DNA of 59,167 nt, counting the filler. It is 4 parts of 4 records of this genome, joined end to end, with 100 filler letters (N's around TTAATTAATTAA, not from the genome) between each part and the next. Parts side by side here need not be neighbours in the genome. Positions count along the whole stretch, not along the records: positions 1 to 18,683 come from SRR31156797_1250; 3 more parts are not named here. One strand, written 5' to 3'. The position numbers were made by a program, and so were the translations under genes. The notes beneath the pieces are model-generated. The model was given only the letters and a program-made list of their open reading frames with translations, made no database searches and was not told the origin of the DNA. Positions 1 to 11,637 of the stretch are shown piece after piece (positions within the stretch are counted from its first letter, which is position 1; each line of letters starts with the position of its first letter).

Positions 1-678
<678 letters not shown>

Positions 679-679
<1 letters not shown>

Positions 680-1248
680 TAGAGCACCACCTTTGTTAAG
701 TATTCATCCACCAGAGTCTCGTGCTGAGCTTTAGTAAGCTTACTCTTGACGATTTTCTCAGCTGCTTCGATGACTTCATCAGCCATTTCTGCACGCATTT
801 CATCAAGTGCTACGTTTACTTCCTGCTCTGCGGAGACTTTGGCCTGAGCTTTGATCTGCTCGGCAGTCTGCTCGGCTTTCTGGATGATCGCCGCCTTCAT
901 GGCCTCGCCCTGAGATCTGGCCTCGGAAAGGATAGAATCCTTTTCCTGTTCCAGACTAGCAATACTTGATTCGACGTCGCGGAGCTTTTTCTCTGCAGCT
1001 TCCTTGCGGGACTGCAAATCGCTGAGCTCCTGCTTGATACCTGCCTGGCGTCCTTTGAAGAGAGAGGCGATTTTCTCGCCAGCAAACTTGTAAAGGATCC
1101 CGATAACGAGGATCAAGTTAAGTACACGCCAACCGAAGTTTGCCCAGGGAATCTCGTGCGCCCCTTCACCACCGCTAGCATAGGCTGTGCCTGCTGCCAG
1201 CAGTACGGAAAGAGCGGTTGTTGCCATGATCATGTTTTTCCGCTTCAA
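679..1248 (-). CDS. atpF: ATP synthase F0 subunit b
   Basis: N-terminal leader, TM segment (WRVLNLILVIGILYKF), long coiled coil; precedes atpH with TAATG overlap. Confidence 0.9.
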
Positions 1249-1278
1249 GGCTAAACCCCCCTTCGATATTGATTAGGC

Positions 1279-1695
1279 CTAGCCAAGAACCTTGGCTGTA
1301 ACCTTCTGAGCAAAAGCTTCAACTTCGCCACCAAGAACCTTCATTGCTGCACCTTTGTCAGCTGCAACCTCCGCGCGAGCTTCCTTCATAGTCGCGGCTG
1401 CGACTTTTCCGGCCTCGGCGAGCAATGTCTGTTCCTGATCGGCTCCCTGTTCTTTGAAGTCGTTCCGGATTTCCATTCCCTCTTTACGGGCAGAGTCCAG
1501 AGCAGCTTCGTAATCCTTAACCTTAGTTTCAGCCTGTCCGTTGAAATCTTCAACTTTGGAAAGCTGGTCGCTCATGAGCTCCGCGCGTCTCCTGATGATT
1601 TCACGAATAGGACGAAACATGAGAAGGTTGAGAACAAGAAGGGTGATGATGAAGTTCGCTAACTGGATAAAAAAGCTAATATCTAAATCAATCAT
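1279..1695 (-). CDS. ATP synthase F0 subunit b'
   Basis: FFIQLANFIITLLVLNLLMFRPI TM motif then coiled coil; first gene of the atp cluster. Confidence 0.9.
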   Translation of the reverse strand: MIDLDISFFIQLANFIITLLVLNLLMFRPIREIIRRRAELMSDQLSKVEDFNGQAETKVKDYEAALDSARKEGMEIRNDFKEQGADQEQTLLAEAGKVAAATMKEARAEVAADKGAAMKVLGGEVEAFAQKVTAKVLG

Positions 1696-1837
1696 GCCTG
1701 CTCCCGAAAAGGTTGTGAATTTTTGTCCAAAGTCAGTTGCGGTGTAGCTAAATTTAGAGCTTGTGTCAAAGGGTTTTTAAAAATGAATCGGTTACTTTTC
1801 GCCTAGTAACCCCCGTCAACACTGGCTTGTTCTTTTT

Positions 1838-2206
1838 TTAACTAATTTCCTCTGTTTCTTTTTCGACTGCAGGAGAGGAACTGGAACTCATAGTTACACG
1901 CCCTTCCAGAACAGCACCTTCTTCCACCACCAGTGAGGGTGTGACCAGATTACCCTGCAGATTTGCGGTTTTGTGCAGAACAGCTTTTTCTGCTGCGTAA
2001 ACTTCTCCGGTCACGCGCCCGCTGAGAACAAGCTGGCCAACACGCAGAACGCCTTCTACTTTGGCTTCACGGCCAACAACCAGAGTTCCCTCGGATTCAA
2101 CTTCACCGTTGAAATTACCGTCAATACGTACCGCACCCTGAAAGTTCAGCTTCCCTTGATAATCGGTTCCGCTGCCTAAGAATGCATTTATTTCATCTCT
2201 TGCCAT
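1838..2206 (-). CDS. Bactofilin (polymer-forming cytoskeletal protein)
   Basis: AFLGSGT..G.L.F.G.VRIDG.F.GEV beta-helix pattern; ATG at 2206 has an AAGGAG RBS (ORF track start 2251 is the alternative). Confidence 0.88.
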   Translation of the reverse strand: MARDEINAFLGSGTDYQGKLNFQGAVRIDGNFNGEVESEGTLVVGREAKVEGVLRVGQLVLSGRVTGEVYAAEKAVLHKTANLQGNLVTPSLVVEEGAVLEGRVTMSSSSSPAVEKETEEIS

Positions 2207-2256
2207 TTTTATCTCCTTTTCCCCAGAGCCGGTTTTTGAAAAACCAAACATGCGGC

Positions 2257-3372
2257 TTACCCCTGTTTAAATACGTAACGTCTCATGGAAACGTTCAACA
2301 CGAGTCCCACGAGACAAAGATTGACGACGGTACCACTGCCGCCATAACTGATGAATGGTAAAGGGATGCCTACTACCGGCATTAGTCCGAGGACCATACC
2401 CATATTAATAAGGATTTGCCAGAAGAAATAAAAGAATACGCCTGCCGCAAGATAGCTTCCGAACAGGTCTTTTGCCTCTCTGGCTGTCACGACCATTTGA
2501 TATAGAAACACACAAAAAAGACTAAGCAGAGCCATGGCTCCGGCAAAGCCCCATTCCTCACCGAAAACTGCGATGGCGAAGTCAGTGTGCTTCTCAGGCA
2601 AGAACCGCAGCTGAGACTGCGTTCCACCCAGAAAACCTTTACCCCAGACCCGGCCGGAACCGATGGCAATTTCCGACTGGATAATATGGTATCCCGCTCC
2701 CAGCGGATCGCTTGCCGGATTCATGAATGAGACAATACGCCGCTTCTGATAATCGTGCAGAAAAAACCAGCCGATCGGAATCAAACACGGTCCTATTATT
2801 GCTAATGTCTTGAACAACTTGGGAGTTAGTCCCCTATAAAGAATCATCCCACCAAGAATAAGAAGAATATTCAAGCCAGATCCAAGATCAGGCTGGGTAA
2901 TGACCATGCCCGCCGGGATAAGCCCCACTCCCACTACATAAGCAAGATTCTTGATATTCAAAGGATCGCTGCTTCGGGAAAGAATCTTAGCCCCGATAAC
3001 CAGAATGGTAATCTTGGCCATTTCACTAGGCTGAAAATTAAAGAAACCCAAATCAAGCCAGCGTCGGGCACCGTAAATGGTTTTGCCGATAACCGGGACA
3101 CAGGCCAGTAAAATAACTGTAACCCAGAACAGAGGCCAGGCAATGGTCCTCAAATGCCGGTAATCAAAAAGCATAAAGGTGATCATTCCGGCAAAACCCA
3201 TCAGCCCCCAGATAAGCTGCTTCTGGTAAAAGGAGCTGACACTCATCCCCTGCTCCAGCCTGAAACCGCTTGCAGAATATAGATTAAGGACTCCGACAAA
3301 GAAAAGCATTGCCGCCAGTCCCAGCAGGAACCAGTTCATATGAATAAGTAATCTGCGGTCAATGGGAGACAT
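2257..3372 (-). CDS. rodA: Rod shape-determining SEDS protein RodA
   Basis: GARRW, FQPSE, QPDLG, LPEKHTDF, PFISYGGS motifs; follows PBP2. Confidence 0.96.
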   Translation of the reverse strand: MSPIDRRLLIHMNWFLLGLAAMLFFVGVLNLYSASGFRLEQGMSVSSFYQKQLIWGLMGFAGMITFMLFDYRHLRTIAWPLFWVTVILLACVPVIGKTIYGARRWLDLGFFNFQPSEMAKITILVIGAKILSRSSDPLNIKNLAYVVGVGLIPAGMVITQPDLGSGLNILLILGGMILYRGLTPKLFKTLAIIGPCLIPIGWFFLHDYQKRRIVSFMNPASDPLGAGYHIIQSEIAIGSGRVWGKGFLGGTQSQLRFLPEKHTDFAIAVFGEEWGFAGAMALLSLFCVFLYQMVVTAREAKDLFGSYLAAGVFFYFFWQILINMGMVLGLMPVVGIPLPFISYGGSGTVVNLCLVGLVLNVSMRRYVFKQG

Positions 3373-5168
3373 TACTTCTTTTCCTTCTTTTCTTTGAAAA
3401 GATACTTATAAATGGCCTTAACTATCGGCCCGGCCCCGGAGCTACCGTGCAATCCGTGCTCCACCATGCAGACTACCACGTAGCGCTGGGTCCCTTTTTC
3501 CGCAAAACTGGCCATCCAAGCGTGATCCCTGTATTTATAGGGAATATCTTCATCCTTCATTTTCTTAAGCTCATCGGTGAGCTTGACCACCTGAGCAGTA
3601 CCTGTCTTACCGCCGATAACCACCCCTTTCATACGCAGCCTGCGGGCCGTTCCCCTAGGGCCGTCCACTGTTTTTATCATGGCCTTGCGAATTATTTCAC
3701 GTTGTCTGTCTGTGAGCGGAATCACGCCCTGCTCTTCAGCTGGTTCACCGGCCAGAAGTTGAGGTCTAAGCAGCCTGCCGCCATTGATAAGGGAAGAAAT
3801 AGAACGGGCAACCTGCAACGGAGTTACAAGCGTATACCCCTGTCCAATGGAAAAGTTAAGATTTTCACCGGGATGCCAGATTTCACCGAAGCGACGTTTT
3901 TTCCACTTACGGGTCGGGATCAGCCCTCCTTTTTCATGCGGAAGGGAAATTCCGGTGGGCTTACCGAATCCTGCTGCAAAGGCATATTCACTGAGCCTGT
4001 CGACCCCCAGCTTTTTACCTAACTTGTAATAATAAACGTCACAGGATTCCACCAACGATTTTTCAAGATCGGTCTCACCATGCCCGCCCCTTTTCCAGCA
4101 ACGGAACACATATTTACCCAGCTTCATATGACCGGGGCAATAAACCGTATCTTCAGGTGTAATTACCCCGTAATGCAGCCCTGCGCCGACAACAGTCATC
4201 TTAAAAACTGATCCCGGAGGATACACTGACTGGATAACCCTATTCTGCAAAGGAGTTCTTGGGTCATCACGCAAGGCGACCCACTGCTTCTGACTAAGGC
4301 CGTCAGTAAAAGAATTGTTGTCATAGGAAGGAGCACTGACAAAAGCCAGAATCTGGCCGTTATCTGGATTCATAACAACGACTGCTCCAGCCTTGCCTTC
4401 AAGCAGTTTTCCGCCCAAGTCCTGAAGGCCGAGATCGATCGAAAGATCTATGTCCTCTCCGGCAATGGGTGGATTAAGAATACGCTGCTTAAGTCTGCGC
4501 CCGGTGGCATCAACTTCACTCTGCCTGCGGCCTTTGATTCCCCGGAATCTTTTTTCCAAGACAGACTCAAGCCCCTGTTTCCCGACATAATCACCTACCG
4601 CTAGATCGGAATCATCTTCCAACTCAGCTTCGTCAACTTCGGAAACATAGCCTAAAACATGTGAAAGTAACGGCCCCTGCAGGTATTTACGCCGGGGACG
4701 AACCACAACCTCAAGGCCGGGCCAGTGCAGTGAATTAGCTTCAATTACTGCGACCTGTTCAAAGGTAAGATTCGGAACTAAAATCAACGGTTCAAAGGAC
4801 TTAACTCTGCGCCGGGATTTCTTGAAAACTTTCTTGAGCTTGTCAAGATCAACCCCGGTCCACTTTGAAACTGTTTCCAAAGTAGCATCAAGATCCTTAC
4901 AGTCTTCACGGACAATACCCAACGCGTAAGCTGGTTCGTTAACAGCCAAAAGTTGCCCGTTACGGTCCCTGATCAGACCGCGCGGAGAATAAAGACTATC
5001 CTGACGCAACTGGTTATTGCGGGCCTGCTCGGAAAAATACTCTCCCTTGTGTATCTGCAAATACCAGAAACGCAGGGCAAAAATACAAAACAAGAGCAGA
5101 ATAAGCCCCTGCAAGAGCAGCAGGCCGTTCTTGGGAGGTTGCTGAGTCTTAGATTCATACAGGCTCAT
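3372..5168 (-). CDS. mrdA: Penicillin-binding protein 2
   Basis: N-terminal TM, PGSVFK (SxxK), SCD, KTGT motifs; mre operon context. Confidence 0.95.
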   Translation of the reverse strand: MSLYESKTQQPPKNGLLLLQGLILLLFCIFALRFWYLQIHKGEYFSEQARNNQLRQDSLYSPRGLIRDRNGQLLAVNEPAYALGIVREDCKDLDATLETVSKWTGVDLDKLKKVFKKSRRRVKSFEPLILVPNLTFEQVAVIEANSLHWPGLEVVVRPRRKYLQGPLLSHVLGYVSEVDEAELEDDSDLAVGDYVGKQGLESVLEKRFRGIKGRRQSEVDATGRRLKQRILNPPIAGEDIDLSIDLGLQDLGGKLLEGKAGAVVVMNPDNGQILAFVSAPSYDNNSFTDGLSQKQWVALRDDPRTPLQNRVIQSVYPPGSVFKMTVVGAGLHYGVITPEDTVYCPGHMKLGKYVFRCWKRGGHGETDLEKSLVESCDVYYYKLGKKLGVDRLSEYAFAAGFGKPTGISLPHEKGGLIPTRKWKKRRFGEIWHPGENLNFSIGQGYTLVTPLQVARSISSLINGGRLLRPQLLAGEPAEEQGVIPLTDRQREIIRKAMIKTVDGPRGTARRLRMKGVVIGGKTGTAQVVKLTDELKKMKDEDIPYKYRDHAWMASFAEKGTQRYVVVCMVEHGLHGSSGAGPIVKAIYKYLFKEKKEKK

Positions 5169-5616
5169 GTCTAAACCTTTGCGGATAAATATATTTCAAC
5201 AGGAGCCACTCGACGGGAAAAATCACAGCCTGCAAGATTCCTTCAAAAATATAACGGTCCGGCACCCAAGCCATATCCGCAAGCATGGACATCATTGCGG
5301 TCAACGCAGGATGCAAAGTCCCGAGCACAACTCCGCAAAGCAGGGTAAACATCATGGACTGCACATCAAAAAACATTGCTCCGCAACGATACAATACAAG
5401 TATTGAGGAATACCAGAGAACTGAATAACCAAAAGGAAGGCCACCGATTCCGTCCTGAATAAGAGACCAGATCAGAATCAGCCAGATGATATGATACTTC
5501 TTTTCCAGCTGGATACAGAGCAGCAGTCCCGGAGCGAGAAAATCAACTCCCGGCACAATTTTTTGCGCCCAGATTGCTGCAAAGCTGAAGCAGGCCCACC
5601 AAAAAGCGGAATACAT
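5155..5616 (-). CDS. mreD: Rod shape-determining protein MreD (divergent membrane protein)
   Basis: Multi-TM 153 aa protein between mreC and mrdA; call mainly by synteny. Confidence 0.75.
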   Translation of the reverse strand: MYSAFWWACFSFAAIWAQKIVPGVDFLAPGLLLCIQLEKKYHIIWLILIWSLIQDGIGGLPFGYSVLWYSSILVLYRCGAMFFDVQSMMFTLLCGVVLGTLHPALTAMMSMLADMAWVPDRYIFEGILQAVIFPVEWLLLKYIYPQRFRHEPV

Positions 5617-5619
5617 GGC

Positions 5620-6510
5620 CTACCTCCCTTCAGCTGTGATGGAATTTCCGGTCTGTGCCGTAGAATTAACATTCCCGACAGTGGAGTTGGAATCAGGAAC
5701 AACCCTGTGCAACAAAAGCACCTCTTCGGCATTCTCCATATCCACCAAAGGAACAGCCTCTACATTCAAAAAAAGTGAAATATCAGAACGCTCAACAGTA
5801 ATAACCTTGGCCACCGGCAGGCCCGGAGGAAACAACCCGGCAAGACCGGATGTAACCAGAATCTCCCCCTCAGCAACCGGAGCATTGAGCTTCATGTATT
5901 TTACACTCAAAGGCTCGCCCTTTCCGTTTCCGACCAGAAGTCCGGTGGAACGATGAATCTGACCGCGAACAGAAATCCTGCTATTCAGATCAGTAAGCAG
6001 CAGAGCTTTTGATGCACTGAGTCCCGGCTCTACAACCCGCCCCATAACACCGAGAGGGGTAATTACCGGAGTATCAGCCCCGACTCCCGAGACCACACCT
6101 TTATTGAGGATGATTGAATCAAGGGCAGCGGAAGGCCCCATGCGCTGGGCGATGATCCGGGCTCCATCTGTTTTCCAGTCCCGAATCGGCTTGATCTCAA
6201 GCAAGTGCTGGTAACGCTCGGCCTCGGCGGCCTTTTCACGCAACTTCATAATCTCAAGGCGCATCAAATCATTCTGAGAGCTAAGCTGATCATTGAGCTG
6301 TTTCAAGCCCACAAGATAGATATACTTATCCCAGAACTCCACCGACTGGTCATGCACATATTCACAGGGCCACAGAACCCATTTGACGATTTCAAGGCCG
6401 GTAAAACCGGCGAGACGGTCCAGCTGTCCGGACCTCAGATTCCATGAATAAAGGCTAAGGTAGACAAACAGGCCAATAATGACGGCTATAGCGGCGCGCT
6501 TAAGCTTCAC
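5620..6510 (-). CDS. mreC: Rod shape-determining protein MreC
   Basis: TM + coiled coil + VTSGLAGLFPPGLPV motif; follows mreB. Confidence 0.93.
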   Translation of the reverse strand: MKLKRAAIAVIIGLFVYLSLYSWNLRSGQLDRLAGFTGLEIVKWVLWPCEYVHDQSVEFWDKYIYLVGLKQLNDQLSSQNDLMRLEIMKLREKAAEAERYQHLLEIKPIRDWKTDGARIIAQRMGPSAALDSIILNKGVVSGVGADTPVITPLGVMGRVVEPGLSASKALLLTDLNSRISVRGQIHRSTGLLVGNGKGEPLSVKYMKLNAPVAEGEILVTSGLAGLFPPGLPVAKVITVERSDISLFLNVEAVPLVDMENAEEVLLLHRVVPDSNSTVGNVNSTAQTGNSITAEGR

Positions 6511-6615
6511 ACTTAATCCTCTGTAATTGGGAGCAGAGATTAAAAAAACAATTAGAAAAAAGCTATAACCAGAAAGACGAAAATCCGGACTAGAAAATTG
6601 AAATCAATCTCAAGC

Positions 6616-6700
6616 CCGGGTGCGATCAATTTCTGAGGACATAGCTTTTTGCAGACTAAATCCGCAAAAAACTATGCCCTCAGCCGTAACTGGTGCACTC
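6616..6700 (-). other. Long intergenic stem-loop between mreB and mreC
   Basis: 20-bp arms at 6633-6652 and 6664-6683; both apparent mismatches are G-U pairs on the minus (mRNA) strand; imperfect outer extension. Confidence 0.65.
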
Positions 6701-6729
6701 GATCCCATCCGCGGCAAAAGAAGCGGATA

Positions 6730-7836
<1,107 letters not shown>

Positions 7837-8005
7837 CTATCAAAAGAAAATCCTAGGAGTTAACTAGCAGAAGAAAGTGTGGCAGGCAACACATTACAGC
7901 ACTTCGGTCAGCTACTGCCACAACGACACAACAGTCCGTAAAAACAGACTTTTTCATTCTAAATAGTTAATAAACAGCCTTAAAAGCTTCAAATAAGGAG
8001 ATTTC

Positions 8006-8992
8006 ATGCACCGTTTTTACGGTTTAGCCGCCCGCCTGAGACAAAGTTTCGGAGAGCGGGTCCAGAAAATTCCACTTGATTTCGGATTCACCTGTCCCAA
8101 CCGGGACGGTTCCATTTCCCGCAAGGGATGTATTTTTTGCAGCCCGCAAGGTTCAGGCTCCGGACTGCACAGTCTTTCCATGTCTATCCCCGAACAATGG
8201 GCCCACTGGCAGGAAAAGCTATCCAAACTCTACACCGCCAAGCTCTACCTTGCCTACCTGCAATCCTACTCCAACACCTATTGCAGCTACGATGAGCTGA
8301 AATGCGCCCTCGACCAGCTGGACGGACTACCCGAACTGGCCGGACTCTGCATCGGCACCCGCCCGGACTGTCTTGATAACGACAAGCTTTCCTTGATTAA
8401 AAATCTGGGACTAAAGGAAACATGGATCGATCTCGGTCTGCAAAGTTCAAATAACGCAACCCTTGAACGCATCAACCGCGGCCATACTGCCGAACAATTT
8501 GCCGAGGCCGTGAATATGGCCCATGAAAACGGACTGGATGTTTGCGCGCACCTCATCGCCGGACTGCCCGGAGAAACAGCTGACGATTTCCTCGGATCAG
8601 TCCATTTCCTCAATGAACTGCCCATTGCCGGGATCAAATTTCACAATCTCTTTGTGGGCAAAGGAACTCCGCTCGAAAAGCTATACGAAGCTGGCGAATA
8701 CACTCCCATTGAACAGGATGAATATATCGATGCACTGGTCGAAGCAATTTCAATTCTGCGGACCGACATTGTCATCCATCGCCTCAAAGCTGATGCAGTA
8801 CCAGGTGGATTGGTTGCCCCGGAATGGGTGCGTATGAAACGCAAGGTGCTCAATGAAATTGAAAAAGCTATGAAAGAGAAAGGAATCTGGCAGGGCTGTG
8901 CGCGACCTGATGCACCGAAAGAACCTCCGCTCTGGTATGGACCGGAAGGCATGCCTCCGGCGGCGCTACCGCGGGTCCCTCCGGGGGCTTAA
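8006..8992 (+). CDS. Radical SAM protein, TIGR01212/YhcC family
   Basis: GFTCPNRDG....GCIFC, IGTRPDC, GLQS, RINRGH motifs; AAGGAG RBS. Confidence 0.9.
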   Translation: MHRFYGLAARLRQSFGERVQKIPLDFGFTCPNRDGSISRKGCIFCSPQGSGSGLHSLSMSIPEQWAHWQEKLSKLYTAKLYLAYLQSYSNTYCSYDELKCALDQLDGLPELAGLCIGTRPDCLDNDKLSLIKNLGLKETWIDLGLQSSNNATLERINRGHTAEQFAEAVNMAHENGLDVCAHLIAGLPGETADDFLGSVHFLNELPIAGIKFHNLFVGKGTPLEKLYEAGEYTPIEQDEYIDALVEAISILRTDIVIHRLKADAVPGGLVAPEWVRMKRKVLNEIEKAMKEKGIWQGCARPDAPKEPPLWYGPEGMPPAALPRVPPGA

Positions 8993-9044
8993 ACCCTTTG
9001 AAAAGGGTTCAAGAATCCCAAACTTTTTTATTAGGCTTCGCCGC
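8951..9044 (+). repeat. Short GC-rich repetitive element, long copy
   Basis: Ends ATGCCTCCGGCGGC (8951-8964) and TAGGCTTCGCCGC (9032-9044) recur inverted at 13742-13783; internal hairpin AACCCTTT-GA-AAAGGGTT. Confidence 0.65.
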
Positions 9045-9069
9045 CTTGTATGAAAAAAAACATTTAGAA

Positions 9070-9102
9070 TGAAAGCCTCCCGGTTAAATGGAAGGCTTTT
9101 CA
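9070..9102. terminator. Hairpin between convergent genes, probable bidirectional terminator
   Basis: AAAGCCTCC...GGAAGGCTTT imperfect inverted repeat. Confidence 0.6.
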
Positions 9103-9104
9103 TT

Positions 9105-10352
9105 TTAATCTTCAAAAACAGCTTCATAGGCTTTTAATAATTTAGGTTCTTCGTACTTCCACTCAAGTTCGTTTCTCACCCTGCGGTATCCCAATGCTCC
9201 CATTTTCTCTCTAAGGTCAGGGGCTTCCAGCAATTGCACGATCTTATCGCCCATGTCTTTGTAATCATTTTTTGCGGCGTACAAGGATGCCCCCTGTGCG
9301 GAGAAACGCCCTTCGGTTAAATCAAATTGAACAATAGGCTTTCCAAGGGCCATATATTCCATGATTTTGTTCATTGTGGACTTATCATTCATTTCATTGG
9401 CAAGATCGGGGTTAACACAGATGTCAGCGGTATTGAGCATCTCAAGCAGATCCTGATCCGGAACCCTGCCCGTAAAGGTCACGTAGTCGGAAACCTTCAA
9501 TTCCTTTGCAAGCGCCTTCATTTCCTCTAAGGAAGTTCCGCCGCCGACCAAGCCGAAATGGATATCCTGCCGCCCCAGATTATGAACTATGTAGTCAACC
9601 GAGCGCAACAGCAGGTCGAGTCCTTCCTGTTTGCCCATTACTCCCACATAGCCCACCAGATAGTTACGCCCTTTCTTGAGTGATTCAACAGGGGGGATAA
9701 ACCGTAAGCGATCCAATTTGGGACCGCTACGCACCACATATACTTTTTCGGAGTCCATTTTACCCCGTTCAATGGCAATACGTTTATAGGATTCATTGGT
9801 GGCAATTGAAACATCCGCAGCCATAAAGGTCGCCCGCTCCAGCCAGACCATCAGCTTCCAGAAAAAGTCCCGCTTGTTAAACTTAGCCTCGTAAAGTTCC
9901 GGGTTGATGTCATGATGATCAAAAATAAATTTAGTTTTATAGAGCAATTTAAAAACGAGTCCGATCAGAAAAAGCAAATCCGGCGGATTGCAGGCATGAA
10001 TCACATCAAAACCCTGCTCGCGGCGGACCTTCCAAGCCAACTTGAAAGTGTGCCATAATGCAGCACTGTACTCTAAAGCGTATCCTTTTGCTCCTTCCCC
10101 TTCCACTGGCAGGTCATAACGATAGATATGAATCCCTTCAATTTCTTCATAGAACTCTTCATACCCTTTGCCTGTAGGACAAATGATAGAGACATGGTAC
10201 CCTGCACCGCGCAAAGACGTGGCTTCCTGCCAGACCCTGCGATCAAAAGGGGAAGGTAAATTTTCAACGAGGATCAAAACTTTTCGAGACACAAGACTCT
10301 CCGCATTATTTAAAATGTCTTCTTTACCAGCAAATCCCGTCAAATTCTTCAT
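9105..10352 (-). CDS. Glycosyltransferase family 4
   Basis: ENLPSPFDRRVWQEA, HACNPPD, FDHHD, STMNKIMEYMALGKP; start uncertain (10352 or slightly downstream; 10487 overlaps too far into the upstream gene). Confidence 0.88.
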   Translation of the reverse strand: MKNLTGFAGKEDILNNAESLVSRKVLILVENLPSPFDRRVWQEATSLRGAGYHVSIICPTGKGYEEFYEEIEGIHIYRYDLPVEGEGAKGYALEYSAALWHTFKLAWKVRREQGFDVIHACNPPDLLFLIGLVFKLLYKTKFIFDHHDINPELYEAKFNKRDFFWKLMVWLERATFMAADVSIATNESYKRIAIERGKMDSEKVYVVRSGPKLDRLRFIPPVESLKKGRNYLVGYVGVMGKQEGLDLLLRSVDYIVHNLGRQDIHFGLVGGGTSLEEMKALAKELKVSDYVTFTGRVPDQDLLEMLNTADICVNPDLANEMNDKSTMNKIMEYMALGKPIVQFDLTEGRFSAQGASLYAAKNDYKDMGDKIVQLLEAPDLREKMGALGYRRVRNELEWKYEEPKLLKAYEAVFED

Positions 10353-11637
10353 TCTCGGATAAGGACTCATCAACCCTGACCAAATCCACAACGACCTGAC
10401 CAGGCCGGAGTTTAGACTGTAAGCCCTTGAACTCAGGGGAATTGTTACCCACAACAATGGTCTCTGCAAATTCCAGCACACTTTCAATATCGGAAACCAT
10501 GAGCTTTGAAATGTGCGGAATGCGGTTCATGATATAATCACGGTTAGCGCCCAGCAGCTTGGCGGCATTAACGTTTCGGTCATACAAACTAAGCTCGAAG
10601 CCCTTACCGATAAGTTGTTCGATCACCTCTACCAAAGGACTTTCGCGCAGATCGTCGGTCCCGGCTTTAAAACTGAATCCAAGGAAGCCAACCTTCCTAT
10701 TGCCCTTGCCCATGATCATGGACAAACCTCTTTCAATATGACGCTTATTGCTACGCAAGACATTGTCCAGAAGAGGTAAATCCAAGCCCAACTGACTCGC
10801 CTTGCAGGTCAGCGCTCGCACATCCTTAGGCAAGCAGGAACCGCCAAAAGCAAAGCCCGGTCTCATATAATAACTGGAAATATTCAGTTTGGTATCTGCA
10901 CAGAAAATGTCCATAACTTTATGACTGTCGATTCCAACCTCTTTACAAATCGAACCTATTTCATTTGCAAAGGCGACCTTGACTGCATGCCAGTTGTTAT
11001 CAGCATACTTCACCATCTCAGACACTTCCATCTCAGTCCTGATCAGCGGGGCATCAAGATTAGAATAAATAGAAGCAAGAATATCTCCACTTTTCAAATC
11101 ACTTTCCCCGATAACAGTTTTCGGAGGGTTATAGAAATCATGAACAGAGGTTCCTTCACGCAGAAACTCTGGATTATTACACACACCGAAATCAACGCCG
11201 GCAACCTTCCCTGAAGCTGTTTCCAAAGCAGGAATGACCAACGAACGCATAGATCCCGGTAGGATTGTACTGCGAATTACAACCACATGAAACGCATCCT
11301 TATCCTTAAGCACAGCACCGATATCCTCACAAACACGGCGGACATAGCTTAAATCCAAACTGCCATTAAACTGGCTCGGTGTTCCTACGCAAACAAGGGA
11401 AATTTCAGACGATAGAATTGCTTTTTTGGCAGAAGTGCTTGCCTTCAAAGAGCCGCTCTGAACAGCCTGCTGGATAATCTCACCAATATGCTCTTCAATT
11501 ATGGGAGTATGTCCTTCATTGATCATATCAACTTTGACCTGATTCGGGTCAACACCGATGACATCATGCCCCTCTTTGGCCAAGCACCCGGCAGAGACTG
11601 ATCCAACATACCCCAAACCAAATACGCTAACCTTCAT
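10324..11637 (-). CDS. Nucleotide-sugar 6-dehydrogenase, GDP-mannose dehydrogenase (AlgD-like) subfamily
   Basis: FGLGYVG Rossmann motif, NPEFLREG, GFAFGGSCLPKD catalytic Cys, FKAGTDDLRESP; start MKVSVF at 11637. Confidence 0.92.
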   Translation of the reverse strand: MKVSVFGLGYVGSVSAGCLAKEGHDVIGVDPNQVKVDMINEGHTPIIEEHIGEIIQQAVQSGSLKASTSAKKAILSSEISLVCVGTPSQFNGSLDLSYVRRVCEDIGAVLKDKDAFHVVVIRSTILPGSMRSLVIPALETASGKVAGVDFGVCNNPEFLREGTSVHDFYNPPKTVIGESDLKSGDILASIYSNLDAPLIRTEMEVSEMVKYADNNWHAVKVAFANEIGSICKEVGIDSHKVMDIFCADTKLNISSYYMRPGFAFGGSCLPKDVRALTCKASQLGLDLPLLDNVLRSNKRHIERGLSMIMGKGNRKVGFLGFSFKAGTDDLRESPLVEVIEQLIGKGFELSLYDRNVNAAKLLGANRDYIMNRIPHISKLMVSDIESVLEFAETIVVGNNSPEFKGLQSKLRPGQVVVDLVRVDESLSENEEFDGICW

